The translations under genes and the position numbers were made by a program. A stretch of 64,000 nucleotides of DNA from positions 9,528-73,527 of the forward strand of contig DASQLD010000221.1 of NCBI GenBank assembly GCA_035630195.1, in the 5' to 3' direction. The DNA is from Bryobacteraceae bacterium. Lineage in GTDB: Bacteria > Acidobacteriota > Terriglobia > Bryobacterales > Bryobacteraceae. The notes under the pieces were generated by a model. It searched no databases. It saw only the letters and a program-made list of their open reading frames with translations, and was not told the origin of the DNA. Each line of letters starts with the position of its first letter. The first letter of the stretch is position 1. Positions 48,954-58,510 of this stretch are shown here, piece after piece.

Positions 48954-49525
48954 TGACTGGGCGGGTCACCTGGATATGTTTTCGACTCCAGAATGATCAG
49001 CATTACGGAATGTAGATACTTCTCACTCTGCCAACATGAGGATACGATGTAGCTCACGTCCGGATCCTTCGTCTTGTTCAGTGGAGTTGGGACACAGATA
49101 TTGATCGTGTCCAATTTGTGAACACACGGAAATCGGTAGTTAGGGACAGTCGATTCCACTGTGCGAGTTCGAGCACTTCTGCTGCAGGGACGTCTTGGAT
49201 GTACGACCTGCCGTGATTGATGTCTTAACTTTTGCTGATTGAAGATCGTGCCGGTAATGGTGAACCCGTCTTGGCGAACTTGACGGCAAGGGGTAATTCC
49301 TAAAGTGAACTTTGATACATTACGTCGACACACTTAGTACCACATACAAGGCCATAGTGACCTGATATGGCTCCAGCTATCGTTTGGCTCAATCACATTT
49401 CTTTTGGCATACGACCGTGGACATTGTATTCTGAATCGCCGTCCAATCCTCATTTAACGATCTGCACGAGTATGGCGGGGTAATCATCTCGCGTGCAGAG
49501 TTACACCACTGTAGGAGGTAATTGA

Positions 49526-52500
49526 GTGCTCCCGACGAATGACCCTGTTTATGTTCTGATCAGAGCGATGGTACTGGTGTGCCTTTCGGTCTACTGCTCA
49601 AATGTATGTTATGCTGCCGCACCAGGCCTAGTTGCCGCCTACGCGTTTGACGAGAATGCTGGGATCATCGCGAGCGATGCCTCCGGAAATGCGAACGCGG
49701 GTACGGTATTGGGCACAACGTGGGTCGCTGGTAAGTATGGATCCTCTTTACGTTTCAATGGCACGAGCGCGCTGGTCCGTGTCCCAGACTCCAACTCGTT
49801 GGACGTTACCAGCGCGTTCACACTTGAAGCATGGGTGTATCCGACCGCGTCCAATAGTTGGCGAACGGTCGTCATGAAAGAGGCACTTTCTGGATTAGCC
49901 TATGCCATTTACTCCCACAATAACTCCAACCGCCCTGCTGGATATGTGAGCATCGGCAACTCGGATCAAGCTGCCAATGGTTCCGCCGCTCTCGCGCTTA
50001 ACACTTGGAGCCATGTAGCCATGACATATAACGGCAGCACAATGCGGCTTTACGTTAACGGAGTACAGCGAGGCAGTCGAGCCATAGCAGGGGCGGTGCC
50101 GGTTACATCGGGAGGGTTGAGTATCGGCGGTAACACCGTCTGGGGTGAGTACTTCGCGGGGTCAATCGATGAGCTTCGTATCTATAATCGTATGCTGAGT
50201 GTGGCCGAGATTACGACCGACATGAATACGCCTATCTCAGCGTCCGGTCCATCAATAACCATGACTGCACCCGCGAATGGCAGCTTGGTCAGCGGCACGA
50301 TCACTCTAAGAGCGACTGCGAGCGCACCCGCAGGTGTCGTCGGTGTTCAGTTCAAAGTCGATGGCAATAATCTCGGAGGAGAGGTGACGACGCCTCCCTA
50401 CCAGATGTCGTGGAACACGACATCCGTAAGTGATGGAGCGCATACGCTGGCGGGGGTGATCAGGGATACAGCGGGGGCGACGAGCACCTCCCCTAGCATC
50501 AGCGTCAGTGTAGGAAACATAACCTCGCCTCCATTGCTTCCAAGCGTGTCGATTGCAACTCCTATTGGGGGCGCTACCGTCGCCGGGAATGTCAGTATCA
50601 CTGCATCCGCTCAGAATGCTGTGGGCGTACAGTTTCTTGTTGACGGTACAAACGTTGGTGCAGAGGATACAACGTCCCCCTACTCTGTGACTTGGAACAC
50701 TAGTAGCGTTTCCGATGGAAACCATACCATTACCGCGCGCGCGCGAAACGCCGCCGGAACAACCATTTCGAGCCCGATAGCGGTAACGGTGGCCAATGCC
50801 AATCCATCGATCAGCGGTTCTTGGTCACCACTCATTAATCTTCCGATCGTTCCAGTCCATTCAGTGCTGCTCCACACAGGCAAAATTCTGATGTTCGATC
50901 GACCTTCGGCAGGACCTACGGCTCGCGTTTGGGATCCCATCGCAAATACTTTTACGTCGGTTCCAAATAATACCACCGACCTATTCTGCGCCGGCCATTC
51001 CGCAATGGCCGACGGACGCATCCTCGTCGTTGGTGGGCACGGCGGTGTTGAGGCCGGAACATCCGATGTAAACATCTTCGACCCCGTCGCCTTGACCTGG
51101 ACTCTCGTGTCGCGAATGGCTTACAAGCGATGGTATCCGAATACAACGACACTTCCGGATGGCCGGGTATTGGCTGCAACTGGCGCGGCGACAACGGTCA
51201 CCGATTATGTCACCATCCCGGAGATTTATAACCCAGCGACGAATGTCTGGACGCGATTGACAACCGCGAGTGCTGATCTTGCGCAGTACGGCCACCTCTT
51301 CCTATTGCCAAATGGAAAAGTGGCGTATACCGGAAACTGGGAATTTCCGGGCGACGCGCGCGTGCTTGACCTTTCGACGAATACTTGGACGACCGTCGAC
51401 CCGAATATCACCGATGGGTACTCCGTTATGTATGAGCCGGGGAAGGTGCTTAAGTGTGGCAGTTCCTCAGATTCGGGACTGCCCGGAGTCTCAGTAAATA
51501 CATGCAATACGATCGATTTCACTTCAGCGACGCCGCGATGGCAAACGGCTGCGCTGATGGCGAACGCTCGCACGCACCACAACATGACCATACTGCCGGA
51601 TGGAAACGTATTTGTGTCCGGAGGCAGCCGTATGAAAGATGGATACAACACCAACTTCTCCGTATATCAGCCCGAAATGTGGTCGCCTGTAACCCAAACG
51701 TTCACCGCGATGGCTCCTAATACCCGGCCAAGACTCTACCATTCAGAAACAGTGCTGCTTCCCGATGGGCGAATCATTTCAATGGGGGGCGGACGCGACG
51801 GAACAGGCATCGATCAACTAAACGCCGAGATTTACTCGCCACCGTATCTCTTTAAGGGAACTCGACCAGTGATCGGTGCTGCGCCGTCTGTGGTTACTTA
51901 CGGAGAAAGTGTCACTGTCACAACGGCGGACGCTGCGAGCATTGCAACGGTGGTGATGATGCGTCCTGGATCTCCGACGCATGGCTTTGACATGGATCAG
52001 CGGAGGATTGTGCTGCCTTTCCAGGCGGGGTCCAACAGTCTCACCGTGCAAGCTCCTGTGAGCGCTGCTATCGCGCCACCGGGATACTACATGCTGTTTC
52101 TAGTGAATTCGGTGGGCGTGCCGTCAGTCGCATCTTTCATCCGTGTTTCACCCGCGAACCAAGGTACGCCGCCTGGAGCGCCGGCATCATTGACAGCTAC
52201 AGGCGCCGTCGGAACTGTGTCACTGACTTGGCAAGCATCCACGAGCCCTTCTGGCATCGCGAACTATAATGTACATCGCTCGACCACGCCGGGATTTGTA
52301 CCCACCACGGCGAACCGAATTGCGCAGCCAACGGCGGCTTCATACACCGATGCGAGCCTGTCTGCTGGACGGTACTATTACCTGGTTACGGCAACCGATG
52401 CGAACGGTTTGACGAGTGGTCCTAGCAATGAAGTCTTCGGTGACGTACTGGCAGACACGATTCCACCGCAAATTACGATGACTAGTCCTGTAGTAACGAC

Positions 52501-53362
52501 CGTTTCTGGCGTCGTGACCGTAGCAGCAACGGCCACCGACAGTGCAGGAATTGCTGGCGTGCAATTCCTCTTGGATGGTTCTCCGCTAGGGGCTGAGATA
52601 ACGTCCTCACCATATTCGACGCAATGGAATTCCGCGGTGGCGACGAATGGAACGCACACGCTCTCGGCTCGTGCTCGCGATGTCGGCGGCAACACCGCTA
52701 CTGCAACGGCGCTTACCGTAACGGTCCAGAATACTACTCCGACAGGTCTGGTGGCTGCTTACTCCTTCAGTGAAGGAACGGGTCCCACAACCGTGGACAG
52801 GTCTGGAACAGGAAGCAACGGAACACTGGTTGGGGCTTTGTGGACAACTTCTGGCAAATTTGGGAATGCACTATCCTTCAATGGCAGCGCCAGAGTAACC
52901 GTGCCCGACTCATCATCGCTCGATTTGACGACGGGAATGACGCTGATGGCTTGGATCTCGCCGACGACCAGCGCAAACTGGCGAACAGTGTTGTTGAAGG
53001 AGACCGCCAATGATCTGGCATATGCATTGTATGCGAGCAACGACACAAATCGACCCGGGGTTTGGATCAATACAACTTCAACGCAATCTGTGACAGGACC
53101 TGCCCAGATCCCTGTGAATACATGGATTCATCTAGCCGCGACCTATGACGGCGCCACCCTACGGCTATATGTCAATGGAGCGCAGGCTAGCTCGAGAGCA
53201 GTCACTCAGTCTATGTTGGTATCTACGGGACCGCTACAGATTGGCGGGAATGCGATCTGGGGCGAATACTTCTCTGGTCTCATTGACGAAGTTCGTGTCT
53301 ACAATCGAGCTTTGACTTCCGCAGAGATCACCAATGCGATGAATACTGCGATCGCTCCATGA
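49526..53362 (+). CDS. 1278-aa secreted multidomain protein: LamG, 2x Ig-like, Kelch beta-propeller with DUF1929 (galactose/glyoxal-oxidase-like, AA5-type), FN3, Ig-like, LamG
   Basis: GTG start 7 nt after GGAGG, followed by a signal peptide. LamG bookends GLVAAYAFDENAG...WGEYFAGSIDELRIYNR and GLVAAYSFSEGTG...WGEYFSGLIDEVRVYNR. Ig modules VSGTITLRATAS..VGVQFKVDGNNLG. Oxidase part HSETVLLPDGRIISMGGG, AEIYSPPYLF, MMRPGSPTHGFDMDQRRI, APPGYYMLFLVNSVGVPS. FN3 SLTWQASTSPSGIANYNVHRS. Confidence 0.85.
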   Translation: MLPTNDPVYVLIRAMVLVCLSVYCSNVCYAAAPGLVAAYAFDENAGIIASDASGNANAGTVLGTTWVAGKYGSSLRFNGTSALVRVPDSNSLDVTSAFTLEAWVYPTASNSWRTVVMKEALSGLAYAIYSHNNSNRPAGYVSIGNSDQAANGSAALALNTWSHVAMTYNGSTMRLYVNGVQRGSRAIAGAVPVTSGGLSIGGNTVWGEYFAGSIDELRIYNRMLSVAEITTDMNTPISASGPSITMTAPANGSLVSGTITLRATASAPAGVVGVQFKVDGNNLGGEVTTPPYQMSWNTTSVSDGAHTLAGVIRDTAGATSTSPSISVSVGNITSPPLLPSVSIATPIGGATVAGNVSITASAQNAVGVQFLVDGTNVGAEDTTSPYSVTWNTSSVSDGNHTITARARNAAGTTISSPIAVTVANANPSISGSWSPLINLPIVPVHSVLLHTGKILMFDRPSAGPTARVWDPIANTFTSVPNNTTDLFCAGHSAMADGRILVVGGHGGVEAGTSDVNIFDPVALTWTLVSRMAYKRWYPNTTTLPDGRVLAATGAATTVTDYVTIPEIYNPATNVWTRLTTASADLAQYGHLFLLPNGKVAYTGNWEFPGDARVLDLSTNTWTTVDPNITDGYSVMYEPGKVLKCGSSSDSGLPGVSVNTCNTIDFTSATPRWQTAALMANARTHHNMTILPDGNVFVSGGSRMKDGYNTNFSVYQPEMWSPVTQTFTAMAPNTRPRLYHSETVLLPDGRIISMGGGRDGTGIDQLNAEIYSPPYLFKGTRPVIGAAPSVVTYGESVTVTTADAASIATVVMMRPGSPTHGFDMDQRRIVLPFQAGSNSLTVQAPVSAAIAPPGYYMLFLVNSVGVPSVASFIRVSPANQGTPPGAPASLTATGAVGTVSLTWQASTSPSGIANYNVHRSTTPGFVPTTANRIAQPTAASYTDASLSAGRYYYLVTATDANGLTSGPSNEVFGDVLADTIPPQITMTSPVVTTVSGVVTVAATATDSAGIAGVQFLLDGSPLGAEITSSPYSTQWNSAVATNGTHTLSARARDVGGNTATATALTVTVQNTTPTGLVAAYSFSEGTGPTTVDRSGTGSNGTLVGALWTTSGKFGNALSFNGSARVTVPDSSSLDLTTGMTLMAWISPTTSANWRTVLLKETANDLAYALYASNDTNRPGVWINTTSTQSVTGPAQIPVNTWIHLAATYDGATLRLYVNGAQASSRAVTQSMLVSTGPLQIGGNAIWGEYFSGLIDEVRVYNRALTSAEITNAMNTAIAP

Positions 53363-54591
53363 CAGTGATTCGAAGGGCAGCGATCGCCCTTCTGGCCTGC
53401 ATGGCTGCCTTCTCAGACGAGCCGATGGGAGTTCCAACCTTCTATGGAGAGGTTGGACGGATCCTGGCCAGCAAATGCATTGGGTGTCATCGCGTAGGTC
53501 AACCGGGCCGCTTTCCACTCGATACCTGGGAACAGGCGCGCTTGTTTGCACGTGAAATACGGTTAGCGGTGGGGATGAGGACGATGCCGCCATGGCCCGC
53601 TGTACCGGGCTTCGGTCACTTCTCCAATGACCGGTCACTCAGCGTGGCACAGATAGAAACGCTAATTCGCTGGACGGACACCGGTACACAAAAAGGCAGT
53701 GGAACTGGTCGTCTCACACCTTCATACAGTGACGACCCAGCCACATTTGGCAAAGAGCTTTCGCCCGCCATTTTGTATGAGGTGCCGGCGAACGGCGATG
53801 TGGAGACCAGATGTTTTTCCTACCAGGGCTTTGCAACAAACATATGGGTACGGGGGATCAATGTGATTCCAGGAGATCGTCGCATTGTCCTGCATGTTAG
53901 AGTGTTTGCCGATTCTGACGGGAGTGCGGAACGGATGGACCGCGCGGATCCGGAACCCGGGTTCCGCTGCAGCAACGACCCCGCTGGTTATTTGAAGCGT
54001 CGTCGTCTCGGCGACTGGGCGCCTGCCACGCCATTGGATCTGACACCGTTGGATGTGGGGCGTGAATTGAAGGCTGGCACATCACTTCTGGTGGAGATTC
54101 GATACGCGCGACTCGGAACTCCAGGGAAGGACGCCAGCCGTGTCCAACTGTTGACCCTACCGAAGCGACCCCCACGTCTCTTGCGAACAATGTCGATTGC
54201 AAGTGAAGCGCTGACCATTCCTGCAGATACATGGAGCTTCCGTTCGAGCACTGATTGGATCGCGCCGGCCCATATAAGACTTCACGCGCTCGTTCCGTAC
54301 TTAAGTGACTTGGGGACCGACTTCAAGGCGGTGGTGAAGTCGTCAGACGGAGCGAAAGTTCCGTTGGTCTGGATTCATGACTACAACGTCAACTGGCAGG
54401 TTTCTTACTTACTTGACGAGCCGATGATGATACGTTCGGGCAGTCGTATTGAAATCCATACGGAGTTTGACAACTTCGAAACGAATCCTCGGACTCGGAG
54501 AGGCCAATCGGCAGATGGGCGCTATGGCCTTATGCTGGAGTACGAGGAAGCCCAATCCATCAGAGAGCGGACTTTATCGAACAGCCCATAA
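53359..54591 (+). CDS. Secreted CxxCH (cytochrome-c-like) protein with a beta-sandwich, DBH/PHM-like C-terminal region
   Basis: Signal MTVIRRAAIALLACMAAFS. FYGEVGRILASKCIGCHRVGQPGRFPL, MRTMPPWPAVPGFGHFSNDRSLSVAQIETLIRWTDTG. From memory, this block is normally fused behind a redoxin domain in Acidobacteriota proteins. 4-nt overlap with the upstream gene. Confidence 0.6.
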   Translation: MTVIRRAAIALLACMAAFSDEPMGVPTFYGEVGRILASKCIGCHRVGQPGRFPLDTWEQARLFAREIRLAVGMRTMPPWPAVPGFGHFSNDRSLSVAQIETLIRWTDTGTQKGSGTGRLTPSYSDDPATFGKELSPAILYEVPANGDVETRCFSYQGFATNIWVRGINVIPGDRRIVLHVRVFADSDGSAERMDRADPEPGFRCSNDPAGYLKRRRLGDWAPATPLDLTPLDVGRELKAGTSLLVEIRYARLGTPGKDASRVQLLTLPKRPPRLLRTMSIASEALTIPADTWSFRSSTDWIAPAHIRLHALVPYLSDLGTDFKAVVKSSDGAKVPLVWIHDYNVNWQVSYLLDEPMMIRSGSRIEIHTEFDNFETNPRTRRGQSADGRYGLMLEYEEAQSIRERTLSNSP

Positions 54592-55111
54592 CCTTTGTAC
54601 GCGGAATCTCTACAGCACGGCCGGCAACAACAGAGTCCAATGCAGACCTGAGGAGATGCTTGGTGGCACGCGCAGGGTTTCGCGAGTTGTCGATCATGCC
54701 AAAGTAGCGAGTCACGCCTCCTCGATCGATAACCACGGCCGTAGGAGTTGCAATTGCGCCCAGGATCTTTGCAACAGCGCCATCGTCACGATAAATAGGT
54801 ATCGATAAGTGCGCTTCAACACGTTGCTTCTCGACCTCTGTATCCGATTCATTCTGATTACTATTGGTAACAAGGATACGCACACCGTGGCGAGAGTAGT
54901 CGACTGCCAGTTGAATGATTCGTTCTGAATACTCCGTAGACATGGGGCATGCCGCCGATACAAAAATGACTACCATGGCGGGCGACTCCGACGGTCGAAA
55001 TTCTTGAATCGAGCCATCCATCTTTCGAAGTTTTAGCGCCGACACTTCGGGGGATTGTCCGACAACACAGAGGGCAGACGCGAACGTTGATAATAGTCGG
55101 ACGAAGTACAT
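54560..55111 (-). CDS. Secreted thioredoxin-fold (TlpA/AhpC-TSA-like) redoxin with a CxxS-type site
   Basis: Signal MYFVRLLSTFASALCVVG. VVIFVSAACPMSTEYSERI, TPTAVVIDRGG, C-terminal VMGCSIK. The 3' end overlaps the convergent gene by 32 nt. Confidence 0.65.
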   Translation of the reverse strand: MYFVRLLSTFASALCVVGQSPEVSALKLRKMDGSIQEFRPSESPAMVVIFVSAACPMSTEYSERIIQLAVDYSRHGVRILVTNSNQNESDTEVEKQRVEAHLSIPIYRDDGAVAKILGAIATPTAVVIDRGGVTRYFGMIDNSRNPARATKHLLRSALDSVVAGRAVEIPRTKVMGCSIKSAL

Positions 55112-55393
55112 AACCTATGCTACTGCATGCACTCTATCGAAATTCTCCGCAACCAGTTGACTTGGGTCTCTCGCGAACACTAAGTCTACTCACTGGGGAG
55201 TTCCGCGGCGTGAGGTTGAACCCAAGGTTGCGAGCCTCGTTTTGACGATACGAGTCTGGACTGAAAGCCGCTAATGGATTGGCGGACATAACCCAAACCA
55301 TGACGAGAACGCCGATGCAAAGGGAAGCGTGAGTTCCACGCCAACAATCCTATGCAGCTCTCAAACATGACATGCAGTAATTAGCGGATAGTC

Positions 55394-57091
55394 TTGGTAA
55401 GCGATGCGAGATCTAGTGTTTCTGAGCTATCATTGACAGTCCAACTCGGAAATATCATGAGTACGCTCAATCCAGTGAGGGAATCGTCCACAGATTACGT
55501 TTGGACGTTTCCTGGCAGTCCTATTCGTATTCATCTCAGCCTGGCGGTTGTCGCTAGACTTCGTGAGCAGCTGTTCACCGGATTCGATCCGAGCTCATCC
55601 AGAGAGATCGGCGGGTTGCTTCTTGGTAAAGTCCACGCTGGCGGTATTCATGTCAAGGACATTCGATCCTTTTGTCCATCGGACAACGGTTCGTATTTCA
55701 TCTTGTCGGATATCGACAAGGTGAATCTAAAAGACGTGATTAAGGAGCAACAGGGCGCTGGCAGTCTTGTAGTCGGGTATTTCCGAAGTGATCAGCGTGG
55801 AGGCATCCGATTGTCGGAAGAGGACCTGTCATTGAGCAGGGAGCTGTTTTCCGACCCAGAACAAGTATTTCTCATTATTAGCAAGCCTGACAATAACACG
55901 CCAAAAGCCGGATTCTTCTTCTGGGATGCCGGATCAATCTTTGCTGAAGCAAGTTTCCTGCAGTTCGCCCTGGATGAAAAGCTGCTTGCTATACCTCGAA
56001 CAAGCTCATTGTCTCAGGAGGTTTCCATACCAGCCCCGGCTGAGGACCAAGTCAGCGCATCAGACACCAACATAAAACCGGCCCCGACTATTCGAAGTCG
56101 ATCGATCCTTTGGGTAGCAGGCCTACTGTTGCTAGCGATTGTCGCAGTCGCTACCGCTTATCGCATCCTCAAGCCACCATCACAAAGCAGCGTTGTAGCG
56201 GCCCGATCAGAGAATCCTTCACTCTCTTTGTCGGCCACGCATACGGATGGAAGCGCGACGGTTATGTGGGATGCCAAGCTCCCCGTGATTGCAGACGCTC
56301 GGATTGGCGTTTTGACAATTCAAGATGGCGCGTCCCAAACCGAGTTTCCTTTGACCCGGGCACAGCTTCAAATTGGCAAGCTAATCTATGTCACTCAAGC
56401 GGATCGTCTCGATCTTAACTTGGAGATTTTCTCTAAAGACGGCAAGGCGATACGTGAATCGTTGATGCTCGCTTTTCCGCAGACAACTACGAAATCACAG
56501 CTGGGACAGGAACCGGACGGTGATTTGCCTATTAAGCAGACCGGACTCCAAAACCTCGTGGTTGCAAATACGTTTCTAGCTGAGAAAGCTCCTGCGGTTG
56601 TGCGTACATTTGCTGCTTCGTCCGCTGCCAATAGAGCGCCTCAGCCAACAGTTGTACTCTTCGAAGCCCCACTATCTACACCGATCACAACTGTTGATCC
56701 AGCCGTCATCAAGATCCCAGAGTTTCTAGCATCTTCTCTTGACCAAAAGACGGCGCAGAAATCTTCGGAAAGCATTGCAGCCGAGCATCCAGTGTTACAA
56801 CCTCCAATGTCCTTGCGGCAAGTTAGACCGATCGTTCCAGCGAATGTAAGCAGCATGCTGAAACGCCGAGTTGAGGTTCAAGTCCGAATTTCCATCGATC
56901 AAGCCGGTAGAGTAGTCAAAGCCGAACCAGTAGGCTCAGCAGAGGGTATGAATCAATACCTCGGAACTAGTGCGGCGAACGCCGCTCGTCTCTGGGTGTT
57001 TCAGCCAGCGCGACGAGGGAATACACCAGTTATGAGTGAGTTGACTCTTAAATTTGTGTTTGGCCCTGCTACAGGCAAACAGGATGATTAA
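55394..57091 (+). CDS. Membrane protein with an N-terminal MPN/JAB-like domain lacking the metal-binding histidines, one TM helix, a long Ser/Thr/Pro/Ala-rich linker and a C-terminal TonB-C-like domain
   Basis: REIGGLLLGK (conserved Glu). VVGYFRSDQRGGIRLSEEDL aligns position-for-position with W-Y-HSHP-x7-S-x-x-D, with HSH replaced by RSD. TM ILWVAGLLLLAIVAVATAY. C-terminus RVEVQVRISIDQAGRVVKAEPV...ARLWVFQPARRGNTPVMSELTLKFVF. TTG start; the ATG at 55457 (MSTLNPV) is probably the real start. Confidence 0.65.
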   Translation: MVSDARSSVSELSLTVQLGNIMSTLNPVRESSTDYVWTFPGSPIRIHLSLAVVARLREQLFTGFDPSSSREIGGLLLGKVHAGGIHVKDIRSFCPSDNGSYFILSDIDKVNLKDVIKEQQGAGSLVVGYFRSDQRGGIRLSEEDLSLSRELFSDPEQVFLIISKPDNNTPKAGFFFWDAGSIFAEASFLQFALDEKLLAIPRTSSLSQEVSIPAPAEDQVSASDTNIKPAPTIRSRSILWVAGLLLLAIVAVATAYRILKPPSQSSVVAARSENPSLSLSATHTDGSATVMWDAKLPVIADARIGVLTIQDGASQTEFPLTRAQLQIGKLIYVTQADRLDLNLEIFSKDGKAIRESLMLAFPQTTTKSQLGQEPDGDLPIKQTGLQNLVVANTFLAEKAPAVVRTFAASSAANRAPQPTVVLFEAPLSTPITTVDPAVIKIPEFLASSLDQKTAQKSSESIAAEHPVLQPPMSLRQVRPIVPANVSSMLKRRVEVQVRISIDQAGRVVKAEPVGSAEGMNQYLGTSAANAARLWVFQPARRGNTPVMSELTLKFVFGPATGKQDD

Positions 57092-57190
57092 AGATTCATT
57101 CGAGCGATGTGCTTTCGGCAAGAGCGGGAATTGTCGTAGCGTTCGTTGTACCCCTATACTAGGGCGTGCATTCTTCATCAGGTTCTACAG

Positions 57191-57676
57191 ATGAATCAAA
57201 ACGGTCGCCACAGTGTTTTCGAGCGAGTTCGTAAACAATTCGCCGAGTTCTCCCAGCGGCAATATGTATCGGCTGCATTGGGGACAAACCTGTATGGTCC
57301 CGTTGTCATATTGTTTCTTTGGATTGGACTTCTCCTCTGCGCATCGGTCGGGGAATTGCTCCCTGGCGATAGTGCTTCGATAAAGGCCCTTTCGTCGTCG
57401 GGTGTTAATGACAAGTTCCTGCATTTCAGCACATACGCGGCGATAGCGTTCGTACCCACGTTCGGTTTGCGGATCACTACGGCTATCATATGTGTCATTG
57501 CAACAGAGGTCGTTGGTATCGGGCTAGATCTAGCTCAGCTTTTTGTTCATCAACGAAGTTGCGATCCTCACGATATCGTCGCTAATACTGCTGGCATAGT
57601 TTTTGGAATTGTGGTCGCGGTTATCAGCCGATCGCGAATGGTTCAACCACATTACACGACTTCTGATGAATCCTGA
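57191..57676 (+). CDS. VanZ-like family membrane protein
   Basis: NDKFLHFSTYAAIAFVP, LDLAQLFVHQRSCDPHDIVANTAGIVFGIVVA. The track ORF starts at TTG 57146; I prefer ATG 57191. Confidence 0.65.
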   Translation: MNQNGRHSVFERVRKQFAEFSQRQYVSAALGTNLYGPVVILFLWIGLLLCASVGELLPGDSASIKALSSSGVNDKFLHFSTYAAIAFVPTFGLRITTAIICVIATEVVGIGLDLAQLFVHQRSCDPHDIVANTAGIVFGIVVAVISRSRMVQPHYTTSDES

Positions 57677-58505
57677 AAAGTCTCGGTATGGGGAGGTCGG
57701 TCCGGACTCCATTACCGTAGCCGCACAATGCTTTGGTGTTCGTATCGGAGTTCGGTGCCGCCGGATGGATGCGGAAGCTGTAGCCGCCCATCTGCCAATC
57801 GGGTATAAGCTCATTAGCCCGACGGAAAACACTCATCTATTTATTCTTGCGACAGAACCTCACGATAACGCCTTGTTCTCTATAAAACGGGGGCTATCTC
57901 GAAGGGTATCAAGCCCGCACAGTTTGGCGACGGCCCTAAAGATCCTACAAAAAGAAATCCATCTTTGCGTCGCAGAACACACAAACAGCCATGTGTTTGT
58001 GCACGCGGGAGTGATCCTATGGGGAAGCTACACCATTGTGTTCCCTGGCTCCAGTTATGCTGGCAAATCAACACTGGTGTGGGCTTTCGTTCAAGCCGGC
58101 GCAATTTACTATTCCGATGAATATGCAGTATTCGACGAGGAGGGTTATGTTCAACCATTCGCACTGCCGATCAGCTTGCGAGCAGTGGACGGAAATCGGC
58201 GAATGGTAACGCCGGCTACCGTTGGATCTGGCCGCCGGCGACCTGATTTCATCCTATTTGCGCAGTATCGACCCGGCGCAATATGGAGCGCTCGCCGGAT
58301 GACGCCGGCATCCGCTGTGATGGGGCTTATAAAACACTCCATAGCCATACGTAGACACCCCGAGTTGGTAATTCCTGTGCTCAAACGGGTAAGTCTGCAA
58401 GCGCAAGGCTTTGTGGGAGTGCGGGGTGAATCGGAGCAAATTCTACAGTGGATAGTACTACTACTGAATAGTACTTCATGTGAGAAAAGTATTGATAGGG
58501 TCTAA
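57666..58505 (+). CDS. HPr-kinase-C-terminal-domain-like P-loop kinase (HprK-related kinase of peptide-modification cassettes)
   Basis: VFVHAGVILWGSYTIVFPGSSYAGKSTLVWAFVQAGAIYYSDEYAVFD matches the HA..V......G..G.SG.GKST......G....SD pattern. The track ORF starts at 57603; ATG 57666 gives an 11-nt overlap with the VanZ gene. Confidence 0.65.
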   Translation: MNPEKSRYGEVGPDSITVAAQCFGVRIGVRCRRMDAEAVAAHLPIGYKLISPTENTHLFILATEPHDNALFSIKRGLSRRVSSPHSLATALKILQKEIHLCVAEHTNSHVFVHAGVILWGSYTIVFPGSSYAGKSTLVWAFVQAGAIYYSDEYAVFDEEGYVQPFALPISLRAVDGNRRMVTPATVGSGRRRPDFILFAQYRPGAIWSARRMTPASAVMGLIKHSIAIRRHPELVIPVLKRVSLQAQGFVGVRGESEQILQWIVLLLNSTSCEKSIDRV

Positions 58506-58510
58506 GTATC

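Noticed and set aside
48950-49333. 127-aa minus-strand ORF in the long control region between the antiterminator gene and the LamG/oxidase gene
   Set aside because: I could find no motif, signal or RBS. Its composition is odd (Arg/Cys/Thr-rich). It overlaps repeat R2, so I treat the region as non-coding regulatory DNA. Confidence in this rejection is only moderate.
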